A program made the translations under genes and the position numbers. From an uncultured bacterium (lineage in GTDB: Bacteria; Pseudomonadota; Gammaproteobacteria; Burkholderiales; SG8-39): a DNA stretch of 64,000 nucleotides. How positions within the stretch are numbered: the first letter of the stretch is position 1; every line of letters begins with the position of its first letter. The notes beneath the pieces were generated by a model that saw nothing but the letters and a program-made list of their open reading frames with translations, was not told the DNA's origin and did no database searches. The stretch covers positions 86,484 to 150,483 of the forward strand of contig CBDDSB010000025.1 in assembly GCA_965233195.1 (NCBI GenBank), written 5' to 3'. Below, piece after piece: positions 22,100-31,666 of this stretch.

Positions 22100-23498
22100 G
22101 ATCGGCCGGGCGTGCCGCGTCGCCGGTGCGCTCGAGCCAGCCGCCGCCGAGCGCGCGGTAGAGGTCGACGAGGTTCGTGAGCCGTTGCATGCGCGCGGTG
22201 ACCAGCGCGAGCTGGGCGTTGTAGAGGCCGGTCTGCGCGGTGAGCACCTGCAGGTAGTTCTCGATGCCGTTGCGGTAGCGGAACAGCGAGAGCTCGAGGC
22301 TGCGCTGCTGGGTCGCGGTGAAGCGCTCCTGCGCGGCGACCTGGTCATCGAAGGTGCCGCGCCCGGCGAGGCCGTCGGCCACTTCGCGGAACGCGGTCTG
22401 GATCGCCTTCTCGTACTGTGCGATGCCCACGTCCTTGCGCAGGGTGGCAAGATCCAGGTTCGCGCGCAGGGCGCCACCCTGGAAGATCGGCAGCGTGATC
22501 GCCGGCATGAACGCCCAGGCGAGCGAGCCTGCGCCGAACAGCCCGGAGAGCGATGCGCTCGCCGTGCCGACGCTGCCCGTGAGGCTGATGCTCGGGAAGA
22601 ACGCGGCGCGCGCGGCGCCGATGTTGGCGTTCTCGGCGCGCAGCAGTGCTTCGGCCTGCAGAATGTCCGGGCGGCGGGCGAGGAGGTCCGACGGCAGCCC
22701 GGCCGGAACGTCGGCGAGGATCGGCTGGTCGTTCAGCCGGACCGCGGGCGGCAGGTCCGCGGGCAGCGGCTGGCCGAGCAGCAGCACGAGCGCGTTTTCC
22801 GCTTGTGCGCGAAACCGCAGTTGGGCGGCGAGGTTAGCGTTGGCCTGCTCGAGCACCGATTGCGACTGTTGCAGGCTGAGCTCGGGCGCGGTGCCGGTGT
22901 CGAACTGGAGCCGCACGATCTTGTACGACTCCTGCGCGGTGGCGAGTGTCTCGCGCGTCACCGCGAGCTGCTCGTCGAACGCGAGCATCGCCAGGTACTG
23001 GTCGGCGACCTGTGAGACGAGCAGGATCTCGGCGGCCTGCCTCGCGTACCCGGTGGCGAAGTACTGCTGGAGCGCGGCGTCGCTCAGGCTCTGCACGCGG
23101 CCGAAGAAGTCGAGTTCCCAGGCGGCGGCAATGCCGGCTTCATACTGACGGGTCGTTGTTCCGGCGCTGCGCGATTGCGCGGCGTCGGCGAAGGCACCCA
23201 CGCGGGGAGCGAGCCCCGCGCGCTGGATGCGGTACTGGGCCTGCGCCTCGCGCACGTTGAGCGCCGCGATGCGCAGGTCGCGGTTGTTCTCGAGCGCGAT
23301 CTCGACCAGGCGCTGCAGCCGCGCATCTCGCATGAAGTCGCGCCAGCCGATGTCCGCCGCGGGCGGCGAATTCAGGTTGCCGCGGTCGTTGTACGGGAAA
23401 TCGCCGGCGATGGGCGCGGCCGGCCGCTGGTAGTCCGGCGCCATGCTCGAGCAGGCGGCCAGCAAAAGGATGCCGAGACTAGACGCGAGCTTTTTCAC
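22089..23498 (-). CDS. RND efflux outer-membrane lipoprotein (OprM/NodT family)
   Basis: Lipobox LAAC; ALENNRDLR, WELDFFGR, RRPDI, LYRALGGGW. Confidence 0.93.
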   Translation of the reverse strand: MKKLASSLGILLLAACSSMAPDYQRPAAPIAGDFPYNDRGNLNSPPAADIGWRDFMRDARLQRLVEIALENNRDLRIAALNVREAQAQYRIQRAGLAPRVGAFADAAQSRSAGTTTRQYEAGIAAAWELDFFGRVQSLSDAALQQYFATGYARQAAEILLVSQVADQYLAMLAFDEQLAVTRETLATAQESYKIVRLQFDTGTAPELSLQQSQSVLEQANANLAAQLRFRAQAENALVLLLGQPLPADLPPAVRLNDQPILADVPAGLPSDLLARRPDILQAEALLRAENANIGAARAAFFPSISLTGSVGTASASLSGLFGAGSLAWAFMPAITLPIFQGGALRANLDLATLRKDVGIAQYEKAIQTAFREVADGLAGRGTFDDQVAAQERFTATQQRSLELSLFRYRNGIENYLQVLTAQTGLYNAQLALVTARMQRLTNLVDLYRALGGGWLERTGDAARPADPSL

Positions 23499-26400
23499 GA
23501 GTCAGCCTGCGGCTCACCACGACGTAGAACATCGGGATCAAGAAGACGGCTAGGAAGGTGGCGGTCAGCATGCCGCCGAGCACGCCGATGCCGATTGCAT
23601 GCTGGCTGTTGGAGCCCGCGCCCTTCGCGAGGGCGAGCGGCAGAACGCCCAGTCCGAAGGCGAGCGAGGTCATGATGATCGGCCGCAGCCTCTGCTGCGC
23701 GGCCTCGAGCGCCGCTTCGACCACCGGGCGCCCCTGCGCTTGCAGGTCGCGGGCGAACTCGACGATCAGGATCGCGTTCTTCGACGCCAGGCCGATGGTC
23801 ACCAGCAGTCCGACCTGGAAGTAGACGTCGTTCGGCATGCCGAAGGCGCTCACCGCGGCGAGCGCGCCCAGCACCCCGAGCGGCACCCCGAGTATGACGG
23901 AGATCGGGATCGACCAGCTCTCGTAAAGCGCCGCCAGGCACAGGAACACGACCAACACGGATAGCAGATAGAAGTAGGGCGCCTGGTTGCCCGCCTGGAT
24001 CTGCTGCAGCGAGATCCCGGTCCATTCGTAGCCGATGCCCGCGGGCAGCTGGTGCGCGAGGCGCTCCATCGCCGCCATTGCCTGTCCGATGCTCTTTCCC
24101 GGCGGCGCCACGCCCTGGAACTGGGCGGAGGACACGCCGTTGTAGCGCTCGAGCCTGGGTGAACCGTACTGCCACGAGCCCCTCGCAAGCGAGGAGAAAG
24201 GAACCAGGGTGCCCTGCGCGTTGCGCACGTAGATGGTCTTCATGTCCTCCGGATTCATGCGGAAAGGGGCGTCGGCCTGCGCGTACACCCGCTTGATGCG
24301 GTTGTCGCTGTCCAGGTAGTTGTTGATGAAGCGCGAGCCCCACAGGATCGAGAACGACTGGTCGATGTCGGACAGCGCGACGCCGAGCACGCTCGCCTTC
24401 TCGCGGTCGATGTCGATCTTGTAGGTGGGGTTGTCCTCGAGGCCGTTCGCCCTGACCTGCGCGAGGTCCGGGTCTTGGCGCGCCATGGCGAGCAGCTGGC
24501 TGCGCGCCTGCATCAGCGCCTCATGACCGACGCCGCCGATGTCCTTCAGCTGGAAATCGAAGCCCGCGGCGCTGCCCAGGCCCTGGATCGGCGGCGGATT
24601 GACCGCCACAATGTTCGCGTCGTGATAGGAAGCGAAGCGCGCGTTCAGGCGCTCGACCACCCTCTGCGCCACGAGCTCGGGCGCGGTGCGCTCGCTCCAG
24701 TCCTTGAGCCGCACGAACACGTAGCCCTGGTTTTGCCCGCGTCCGGCCTGGTTGAATCCGTTCACCTGGAAATTCGCCTGGACCGCGGCTGCCTCATATC
24801 CCTCCAGGTAGGCGCTGATGTCGTCCAGGATGACCTGCGTGCGGGCGATGGTGGCGCCCGGCGGAGCTTGCACCTGCACGAAGAAAAAGCCCTGGTCCTC
24901 GTTCGGCACGAACGAGCTCGGCAGGCGCATGAACAGCAGGCCGACGGCGACGATGACCGCGGCATAGACCACGAACCAGCGCCCGGAGCGCGCGATGACC
25001 CGGCGTACGCCGCCCGCGTACCGGTCGCGACCGTAATCGAAGGCAGCGTTGAACCAGCGGGCGAACCGGTTCTTGCGGCCATGTGCGCTCCCCGGCTTGA
25101 GCAGCGTGGCGCAGAGCGCGGGGGTCAACGTAAGGGCGACGAACACCGAGAGCAGCATCGCGGCGACGATGGTCAGCGCGAACTGCCGGTAGATCGCCCC
25201 CACCGATCCGCTGGAGAACGACACCGGGATAAAGACCGCCGACAGCACCGCCGCGACGCCGATGAGCGCGCCGGTGATCTGTCCCATCGCCTTGCGCGTG
25301 GCCTCGCGCGCCGGCAGGCCTTCTTCGGTCATCACGCGCTCGACGTTTTCCACCACCACGATTGCGTCGTCGACCAGCAGGCCGATCGCCAGCACGATGC
25401 CGAACATGGACAGGGTGTTGATGGTGAAGCCGAGCGCCGCCATCACGCCGAAGGTGCCGAGCAGCACCACCGGGATGGTGATCGTGGGGATGATGGTGGC
25501 GCGCCAGTTCTGCAGGAACACGAACATCACCAGGAACACCAGCGCGATGCCCTCGAGGAGCGTCTCGACCACGCCGGCGATAGAGACCCGGATGAACGGT
25601 GTGGTGTCGTTCGGGTAGACGGCCTGCACGCCTGGCGGAAAGTACTTCGACAGCTCCTCGACCTTGGCGCGCACCGCGTTCGCCGTGGCGAGCGCGTTGG
25701 CGCCGGTGGCGAGCTGGATGAGCATGCCGCTCGCCGGCTGCCCGTTATACTTGTTGTCGACGGCGAAGGTCTCAGCGCCGCGTTCCACGCGCGCGACGTC
25801 GCGCAGCCTGACCTGCGAGCCGTCGGACAGGACTTTCAGCAGGATGGCGCCGAACTCCTCCGGCGTGCGCAGCAGCGTCGCCTCGGTGATGGCGGCGTTG
25901 AGCTGCTGGGTCGGCAGCGCCGGCGTGCCACCGAGCTGCCCGCCGGCGATCTGCACGTTCTGGGTCTGCACCGCCGCGGTGACGTCGAGCGGCGTCAGCG
26001 CGTAGCCAGTGAGTCTGGTCGGATCGAGCCAGATGCGCATCGCGTACTGCGTGCCGAAGACGTTGAAGGCGCCGACGCCGTCGATGCGGCTGATCGGGTC
26101 CTGCATGGTCGACACCATGTAGTTCGCGAGATCGAACTTCGACATGCGGCCGTCCGTCGAGACCAGGCCGATCGCCATCAGGAAGGAGCTCGACGACTTG
26201 GTGACGCGGATGCCGAGCTGCTGCACCTGCGCCGGAAGCAGCGGCAGAGCGAGCTGCAGCTTGTTCTGCACCTGGACCTGGGCGATGTCGGGGTTGGTTC
26301 CGGGTGCGAACGACAGGGTAATGCTCGCCTGCCCGGTGTTGTCGCTGGTAGAGGCGAGATAGATGAGGCGGTCGATACCACTCATCTGCTGCTCAATCAC

Positions 26401-26589
26401 CTGCACGACGGTGTTCTCCACCGTCTGCGCGGAGGCCCCGGGGTACGTGGCGTTGATCTGCACTGAGGGCGGCGCGATCGGCGGCACCTGCTCGACCGGC
26501 AGCCGGGCGATCGACAGGCCGCCCGCCAGCATGATGAGCAGCGCGATGACGATCGCGAAGATCGGGCGGTCGATGAAGAACTTGGCCAT
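23479..26589 (-). CDS. RND efflux transporter (AcrB/MexB family)
   Basis: MAKFFIDRPIFA, GLLVDDAIVVVENVER, KNAILIVEFA, RPIIMTSLAF. Confidence 0.95.
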   Translation of the reverse strand: MAKFFIDRPIFAIVIALLIMLAGGLSIARLPVEQVPPIAPPSVQINATYPGASAQTVENTVVQVIEQQMSGIDRLIYLASTSDNTGQASITLSFAPGTNPDIAQVQVQNKLQLALPLLPAQVQQLGIRVTKSSSSFLMAIGLVSTDGRMSKFDLANYMVSTMQDPISRIDGVGAFNVFGTQYAMRIWLDPTRLTGYALTPLDVTAAVQTQNVQIAGGQLGGTPALPTQQLNAAITEATLLRTPEEFGAILLKVLSDGSQVRLRDVARVERGAETFAVDNKYNGQPASGMLIQLATGANALATANAVRAKVEELSKYFPPGVQAVYPNDTTPFIRVSIAGVVETLLEGIALVFLVMFVFLQNWRATIIPTITIPVVLLGTFGVMAALGFTINTLSMFGIVLAIGLLVDDAIVVVENVERVMTEEGLPAREATRKAMGQITGALIGVAAVLSAVFIPVSFSSGSVGAIYRQFALTIVAAMLLSVFVALTLTPALCATLLKPGSAHGRKNRFARWFNAAFDYGRDRYAGGVRRVIARSGRWFVVYAAVIVAVGLLFMRLPSSFVPNEDQGFFFVQVQAPPGATIARTQVILDDISAYLEGYEAAAVQANFQVNGFNQAGRGQNQGYVFVRLKDWSERTAPELVAQRVVERLNARFASYHDANIVAVNPPPIQGLGSAAGFDFQLKDIGGVGHEALMQARSQLLAMARQDPDLAQVRANGLEDNPTYKIDIDREKASVLGVALSDIDQSFSILWGSRFINNYLDSDNRIKRVYAQADAPFRMNPEDMKTIYVRNAQGTLVPFSSLARGSWQYGSPRLERYNGVSSAQFQGVAPPGKSIGQAMAAMERLAHQLPAGIGYEWTGISLQQIQAGNQAPYFYLLSVLVVFLCLAALYESWSIPISVILGVPLGVLGALAAVSAFGMPNDVYFQVGLLVTIGLASKNAILIVEFARDLQAQGRPVVEAALEAAQQRLRPIIMTSLAFGLGVLPLALAKGAGSNSQHAIGIGVLGGMLTATFLAVFLIPMFYVVVSRRLTREKARV

Positions 26590-26591
26590 GG

Positions 26592-27701
26592 CTAGTTCGC
26601 GGCTGTTCTTTGCGGCGCTTCGATCGCCCGCACCTGGGCCCCCGGCTGTACCCGCTGCAGGCCGGCGACGATCACCCGCTCGCCGGCGGTGAGCCCGCCT
26701 TCCACCAACCACTGGTCGCCCAGCGTGCGCGTCGCCTTCAGTGCGCGCAGCGCGACCTTGTTGTCGGCGTCGATCACCAGCGCGGTGGCCTGCCCCTGGG
26801 GGTTGCGCGTTACCCCCTGCTGGGGGACGAGGATCGCCTCGGTCAGACCCTGCTCGATGCGCGCGCGCACGAACATGCCGGGCATTAGCACGTGGTCCGG
26901 ATTCGGAAACACCGCGCGCACCGTGATCGACCCGGTATTTGGGTCGACCGTGATGTCGGTGAAAGCGAGCTCGCCCGGCAGCGGATACTCGCTACCGTCT
27001 TCCAGCAGCAGCGTGACCTTTCCACCGCCCGCCTGGTCGCGCCGGAAGCGCAGCGCCTCGGCGCTCGACTGGCTCACGTCCACGTAGATCGGATCGATCT
27101 GCTGCACCGTGGCCATGAGCGTGGCGGCCCCCGCCTGCACGAAAGCCCCCGGGGTTACGAGCGACAGGCCGACGCGCCCGGCGATCGGCGACCCGACGTT
27201 CGTGTAGCCGAGGTTGATGCGTGCCTGCTGCACCGCCGCTCTCGCCGCGGCGAGGTCGGCACTCGCCTGGCCTTGCGTGGCCATCGCGTTGTCGAACTCC
27301 TGGCGGCTGACGCCGTTGCCCGGGAGAAGGATCTTGTAGCGCTCGGCGAGCGCATTGGCTGAGGCTAGCGCGGCGTGCATCTTCTGCTCCACCGCCATGG
27401 CGTTGTCGAGCGCGGCGCGCAACGGTGCCGGGTCGATCTGATACAGACGCTGCCCGGTCCGGACATCGCTGCCTTCCTGGAACTCGCGCCGCAGGACGAT
27501 GCCGTCGACGCGCGCGCGCACCTGGGCGACGAGATACGCGGAGGTGCGGCCCGGCAGCTCGCTCACCACCGGCACACTCTGCGGGCGGACCGTCACCACC
27601 GTCACTTCCGGTGGCCGAGGCGCTTGCGCAGCCTGTTGTGCCTCCACGCAGCCGCCAAGGACGATTGCGGCTACGGCGGACAAAGCAATCCTAATGGTCA
27701 C
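26592..27701 (-). CDS. RND periplasmic adaptor (AcrA/MexA family)
   Basis: Lipobox LGGC; ELPGRT, VRARVDG, SPIAGR, VDPNTG, PGMFVR; GTG start inferred. Confidence 0.92.
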   Translation of the reverse strand: MTIRIALSAVAAIVLGGCVEAQQAAQAPRPPEVTVVTVRPQSVPVVSELPGRTSAYLVAQVRARVDGIVLRREFQEGSDVRTGQRLYQIDPAPLRAALDNAMAVEQKMHAALASANALAERYKILLPGNGVSRQEFDNAMATQGQASADLAAARAAVQQARINLGYTNVGSPIAGRVGLSLVTPGAFVQAGAATLMATVQQIDPIYVDVSQSSAEALRFRRDQAGGGKVTLLLEDGSEYPLPGELAFTDITVDPNTGSITVRAVFPNPDHVLMPGMFVRARIEQGLTEAILVPQQGVTRNPQGQATALVIDADNKVALRALKATRTLGDQWLVEGGLTAGERVIVAGLQRVQPGAQVRAIEAPQRTAAN

Positions 27702-27876
27702 GAAGCAGCTCCTCTGTGGGGACGCGGACAGAATGCGCTGCCGGGCATTGCGCGAGCCTGTCAGCAATATGAGGAAAAGTTCAGGAAACCGACGATGAAC
27801 CCGGCGTAATGACCCGGCAAGGTCGGTGCAACGCGCAGTGGCGCATCGTTCGGGGCATCAACCTGAAAGGCACCCC

Positions 27877-28191
27877 ATGAAACGCTTGATTACTCGCAGT
27901 GCATTGTCCGCGGCCGCATTGTCAGCAGCTCTTGCCGGCGCAGGCGTCGCCTCTGGTAACGAGAGCACCACGCAAAACGTCGAAGACACGACGATCACCA
28001 CCCAGATCGAGACGGAGCTGCTCTCCGGTGAGGGCATCTGGTCCAGCGATATCATCCGCGTCGAGACCGTCCAGGGCATGGTGCACTTGCGCGGCTATGC
28101 GACTACTGAACGCGATCGACGGCGTGCCGGCCAGATCGCGGAATCGGTCGCGGGCGTAAAGGGCGTGGAGAACGATATTCGGATCCGCTAG
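27877..28191 (+). CDS. BON domain protein
   Basis: Signal peptide; DTTITTQI...VETVQGMVHLRG...VAGVKGVENDI. Confidence 0.85.
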   Translation: MKRLITRSALSAAALSAALAGAGVASGNESTTQNVEDTTITTQIETELLSGEGIWSSDIIRVETVQGMVHLRGYATTERDRRRAGQIAESVAGVKGVENDIRIR

Positions 28192-28413
28192 TTAATGCGG
28201 TGAGATTCAAGGACATGACCGGGAAGCAAATTCGTTCGCGTGCTCAAAGTCGGCGTCTGCGTGATCTCGTTCGGGATGATCTTCCAGAACATCCTGTACG
28301 ACTGAGCGCTGCCAATCAGACGCAGCGCGCATGACTCACACACGGCCCGAAACGGGAGCCGGGCTTGAGCGGTGGGCTTTGCCCGCGTCGAAGTACCGCG
28401 CTTCCATAGCGTC

Positions 28414-28761
28414 ATGAGTCAGCTCGGAGACCCCCGCGTCCTATTCGCCGCCGAGCGAACTCTAATGGCCTGGAGTCGCACAGCGACCGGACTAATGGCG
28501 TTTGGATTTTTCATAGACCGCACTGCGCTCCTGACAGCCCAAGTGGGCAAGAGTACGAGTACAGCGTTCTTGATCGGCACGGCGTTCGTGCTGCTCGGCG
28601 TGCTGCTTAGCGTACTTTCCATAGTGCAGTACGGTCGGTCCGTCGCTTCACTGCAGTCAATCGAGATACCGAACGGGTACTGGACAGCTCTCCCTGTGTA
28701 CGCAGGCGTCTCAATCGCATTACTCGGGCTGGCGCTGGCCTGGTATCTCGCAGCCGGATGA
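28414..28761 (+). CDS. DUF202/YidH inner-membrane protein
   Basis: DPRVLFAAERTLMAWSRT...FGF, three TM segments. Confidence 0.85.
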   Translation: MSQLGDPRVLFAAERTLMAWSRTATGLMAFGFFIDRTALLTAQVGKSTSTAFLIGTAFVLLGVLLSVLSIVQYGRSVASLQSIEIPNGYWTALPVYAGVSIALLGLALAWYLAAG

Positions 28762-29176
28762 CGGAGGGACGGTGATCCTGCGTTTGTGGTTGCCGTGTTG
28801 TTGACGGGGCTATCGGCGGAGGTATCACCTGCCTCTTCCCTAGCCGTTCCGCAGAGGCCGACTCTGAACACGGCGGTGACTGCACTTAGCCGGGCGTAGG
28901 CGGTCACAGTGCCGTTATCCAGCGCGAAGTTGCAAAAGGGATGCATCCAGGGCATCGGTAGGCACGGCGGCTATCGAACGGTCTTTGCTTCCTGCGTGCG
29001 CAATAGGACGTGAGCTCTGCTATGGCGACGGGAATCGATTTCCGGCTGCTACTGGACGTCCCTGAACGATATTTGGAACTGCCTCCAGCATTCGATACCC
29101 CCAGTGGTACTCCTTAGGCAGCGTCCCAACACCAGTGCTGACGACGATGTAACCGCCGTGTAGGATTCTCACCTCA

Positions 29177-29488
29177 GTGCTGCACCTTATCGCTCGGGCC
29201 TTCCTCGTCCTGACGCTGCTTGCCGGCTGGCAAGCGGCTCTCCAGCACCCGATCGAGCACGTCGATCACGCCGGCGACTTCGTCCACCTAGCCGGAGACA
29301 CGCATGGCCGTTCGGACAAGGCACCACTGTGCGACGCGCTCGATGCCTTGACCGCATGCATGTCGGGCGCGACGACGGTCGTCGCCGTCTCCTTTTCCGC
29401 ATACCTCGCAACCTCGAGCCACGTCCCCGCACCGCGCGTGGCCGCGGCGCCGCCGTACCTTTCGCAAGGCCCTCCGTCGTCGGTTTGA
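29177..29488 (+). CDS. DUF2946-like leader protein (putative ribosome-arrest peptide)
   Basis: Signal-like N-terminus, His-rich stretch, CDALDALTAC, Pro-rich tail ending PPYLSQGPPSSV; directly upstream of a metal-uptake operon. Confidence 0.65.
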   Translation: MLHLIARAFLVLTLLAGWQAALQHPIEHVDHAGDFVHLAGDTHGRSDKAPLCDALDALTACMSGATTVVAVSFSAYLATSSHVPAPRVAAAPPYLSQGPPSSV

Positions 29489-29530
29489 AGCAACGGTAGT
29501 TCCCAGAACCGAACTTCAGACGGAGGCTTT
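29466..29530 (+). promoter_or_regulatory. SD-sequestering mRNA hairpin
   Basis: cctccgtc (29471-29478, Pro-Pro codons) is the exact reverse complement of gacggagg (29519-29526), which contains the GGAGG SD of the 29533 gene. Confidence 0.6.
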
Positions 29531-29532
29531 CT

Positions 29533-30789
29533 ATGTTTCGCAGCATGGCTGTCGCCATGGCGTTCGCCGTGGCTTCGGTGCTTGCGCATGCGCAGACCAC
29601 CGAGCAGTACCAGCAGTTGCAGCGTCGTATCGACCGGCTTGAGGCGCAGACCAAGGCGCGCGGCCCGGCGGCATTCAACCCGGAGATTTCGCTCACCCTC
29701 CAGGGCACGGCGGCGAGCATCCAGCAGGACCCGGAGACCTACCGGATCACCGGGTTCGCACCCTCGGGCGGCGAGGTTGGCCCTCCGCGCCGCGGCTTGA
29801 GCCTCGCCGAGTCGGAGCTCGCCATTGGCGGGAACGTCGACCCGTACTTCCGCGGACAGCTGGTGGCGGCGCTAACGCCTGAAGACGAGATCGAGGTCGA
29901 GGAGGCGTTCTTCCAAACGCTGTCGCTCGGCCGCGGCTTCACGTTCAAGGGCGGCCGCTTCCTTTCGGGCATCGGCTACCTGAATCCGATCCACCAGCAC
30001 GCCTGGGATTTCCACGACGCGCCGTTTGCTTACAAGGCGTTCCTCGGCGGGCGCCTGAATGATGACGGCGTGCAGGCGAAGTGGGTGGCACCGGCGGACT
30101 TCCTGATCGAGCTGGGCGTCGAGGCGGGGCGCGGCCGGAGCTTCCCCGCCACGGACCCGAACCGCAACGCCGCCGGGGCCTGGAGCGCGTTCGCGCACGT
30201 CGGCGGCGACCTGTGGCGCGCGGGACTGTCCTACCTTCGCGTCAAACCGAACGATCGAGCGTTCGAAGATAGCGACGCGTTGGGCGGCGCAGCGACACAG
30301 TCCTTCACCGGAGAGAGCAAGCTGTGGATAGCGGACGTCGTTGTGAAATGGCGTGAGCTCAAGGTCCAGGCCGAGTACTTCCGGCGCAAGGAATCCGGCC
30401 AGCTCACGTTCGACGACAGCGGCGGGTCCGGCGTGTTCGGCTCGCTCACGGACGCCTATAGCAGCACGCAGTCCGGCTGGTACTTGCAGGCGGTCTATCG
30501 TTTCCTCCCGCATTGGCGCGGCGGCTATCGCTACGACCGGCTGGATCATGGCACCGTCTCGAACGGCATCGTTGAAAACGGCCTGGGACCGACCGCGGCC
30601 GATTTCCCACTGCTCGTGACCGACCACAATCCGACGCGCAACACACTGATGGTTGACTGGAGCCCCACGGAGTTCAGCCGGGTACGGCTGCAATATGCCG
30701 AAGACAAGGCCCGCTTCGGCGTGACCGACAACCAGGTCGTCCTGCAATACATCCTCAGCCTGGGAGCCCACGGTGCGCATCGTTTTTAG
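29533..30789 (+). CDS. Outer-membrane beta-barrel (metal-uptake porin-like)
   Basis: Signal peptide, FNPEISL, ESELAIGGNVDPYF, NPIHQHAWDF, TEFSRVRLQY, C-terminal LGAHGAHRF. Confidence 0.75.
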   Translation: MFRSMAVAMAFAVASVLAHAQTTEQYQQLQRRIDRLEAQTKARGPAAFNPEISLTLQGTAASIQQDPETYRITGFAPSGGEVGPPRRGLSLAESELAIGGNVDPYFRGQLVAALTPEDEIEVEEAFFQTLSLGRGFTFKGGRFLSGIGYLNPIHQHAWDFHDAPFAYKAFLGGRLNDDGVQAKWVAPADFLIELGVEAGRGRSFPATDPNRNAAGAWSAFAHVGGDLWRAGLSYLRVKPNDRAFEDSDALGGAATQSFTGESKLWIADVVVKWRELKVQAEYFRRKESGQLTFDDSGGSGVFGSLTDAYSSTQSGWYLQAVYRFLPHWRGGYRYDRLDHGTVSNGIVENGLGPTAADFPLLVTDHNPTRNTLMVDWSPTEFSRVRLQYAEDKARFGVTDNQVVLQYILSLGAHGAHRF

Positions 30790-31666
30790 CCTTTTCCTTA
30801 TAGGGGCGGCGGCGCCTGCCCTGGCCGCCCTGAATATCTTCGCCTGCACGCCGGAATGGGGCGCGCTCGCGAAGGAGCTGGGCGGCGACAAAGCCGCCGT
30901 CTACACGGCGGCGAGCGCGCTGCAGGATGCCCATCGCATCGAAGCACGCCCGAGCCTGATCGCCCGGGCGCGCAGCGCCGATCTGATGGTCTGCACCGGC
31001 GCGGAGTTGGAGGCGGGATGGCTGCCGCTGGTGCAGTCGCAATCGGGAAACGCCAGGATCCAGGCGGGACAGCCGGGTTATGTGGAGGCCGCGGATTTTG
31101 TCGCGCTGATCGAGCAGCCCGCACGACTGGACCGCTCGCTCGGCGACATCCACGCCGCGGGCAATCCGCATATCCACCTCGATCCGCGCAACATCGCCGA
31201 GGTCGCGGCTGGGCTCGGCGAGCGCTTGGCGGAGATCGATCGCGCGAACGCTGGATTTTTCAAGGCGCGAACCAAGGCGTTCCTTGAGCGTTGGCGTGAG
31301 GCGACCGTGCGGTGGGAAAAGGAGGGCGCGCCGCTGAAGGGACTTCCCGTAGTCGTCCACCATCGCAACCTCTCTTACCTCGTCGCCTGGCTTGGCATGC
31401 GGGAAGTGGGCGCACTCGAGCCGAAGCCAGGCATCCCGCCGAGCACCGCATCGCTCACCGAGCTCCTGGCGAAGCTCAAGCAGGCGCCCCCCAAAGCTGT
31501 GCTGCGCGCGGCTTACGAGGACCCGCGGCCGAGCGAGTGGCTGTCGCTGCGCGCGGGCATTCCGGCGGTCGTGCTGCCCTTTACGGTCGGCGGCAACGAC
31601 AGGGCCAAGGACCTGTTCGCCCTCTACGACGACACACTGGCCCGGCTACTGGCGATAACCCGATGA
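30773..31666 (+). CDS. Metal (Zn/Mn-type) ABC substrate-binding protein
   Basis: QDAHRIEARPS, GAELEAGW, GDIHAAGNPHIHLDP, VVHH, EPKPGIPP. Confidence 0.88.
   Translation: MRIVFSLFLIGAAAPALAALNIFACTPEWGALAKELGGDKAAVYTAASALQDAHRIEARPSLIARARSADLMVCTGAELEAGWLPLVQSQSGNARIQAGQPGYVEAADFVALIEQPARLDRSLGDIHAAGNPHIHLDPRNIAEVAAGLGERLAEIDRANAGFFKARTKAFLERWREATVRWEKEGAPLKGLPVVVHHRNLSYLVAWLGMREVGALEPKPGIPPSTASLTELLAKLKQAPPKAVLRAAYEDPRPSEWLSLRAGIPAVVLPFTVGGNDRAKDLFALYDDTLARLLAITR

Noticed and set aside
24475-26466. 663-aa antisense ORF and similar long shadow ORFs (e.g. 38012-39538, 52714-54069, 9814-11328)
   Set aside because: Mirror frames of well-supported genes, expected at high GC; no motifs.
28419-28955. 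Minus-strand 178-aa ORF
   Set aside because: Mostly antisense to the DUF202 gene; no recognisable motif.
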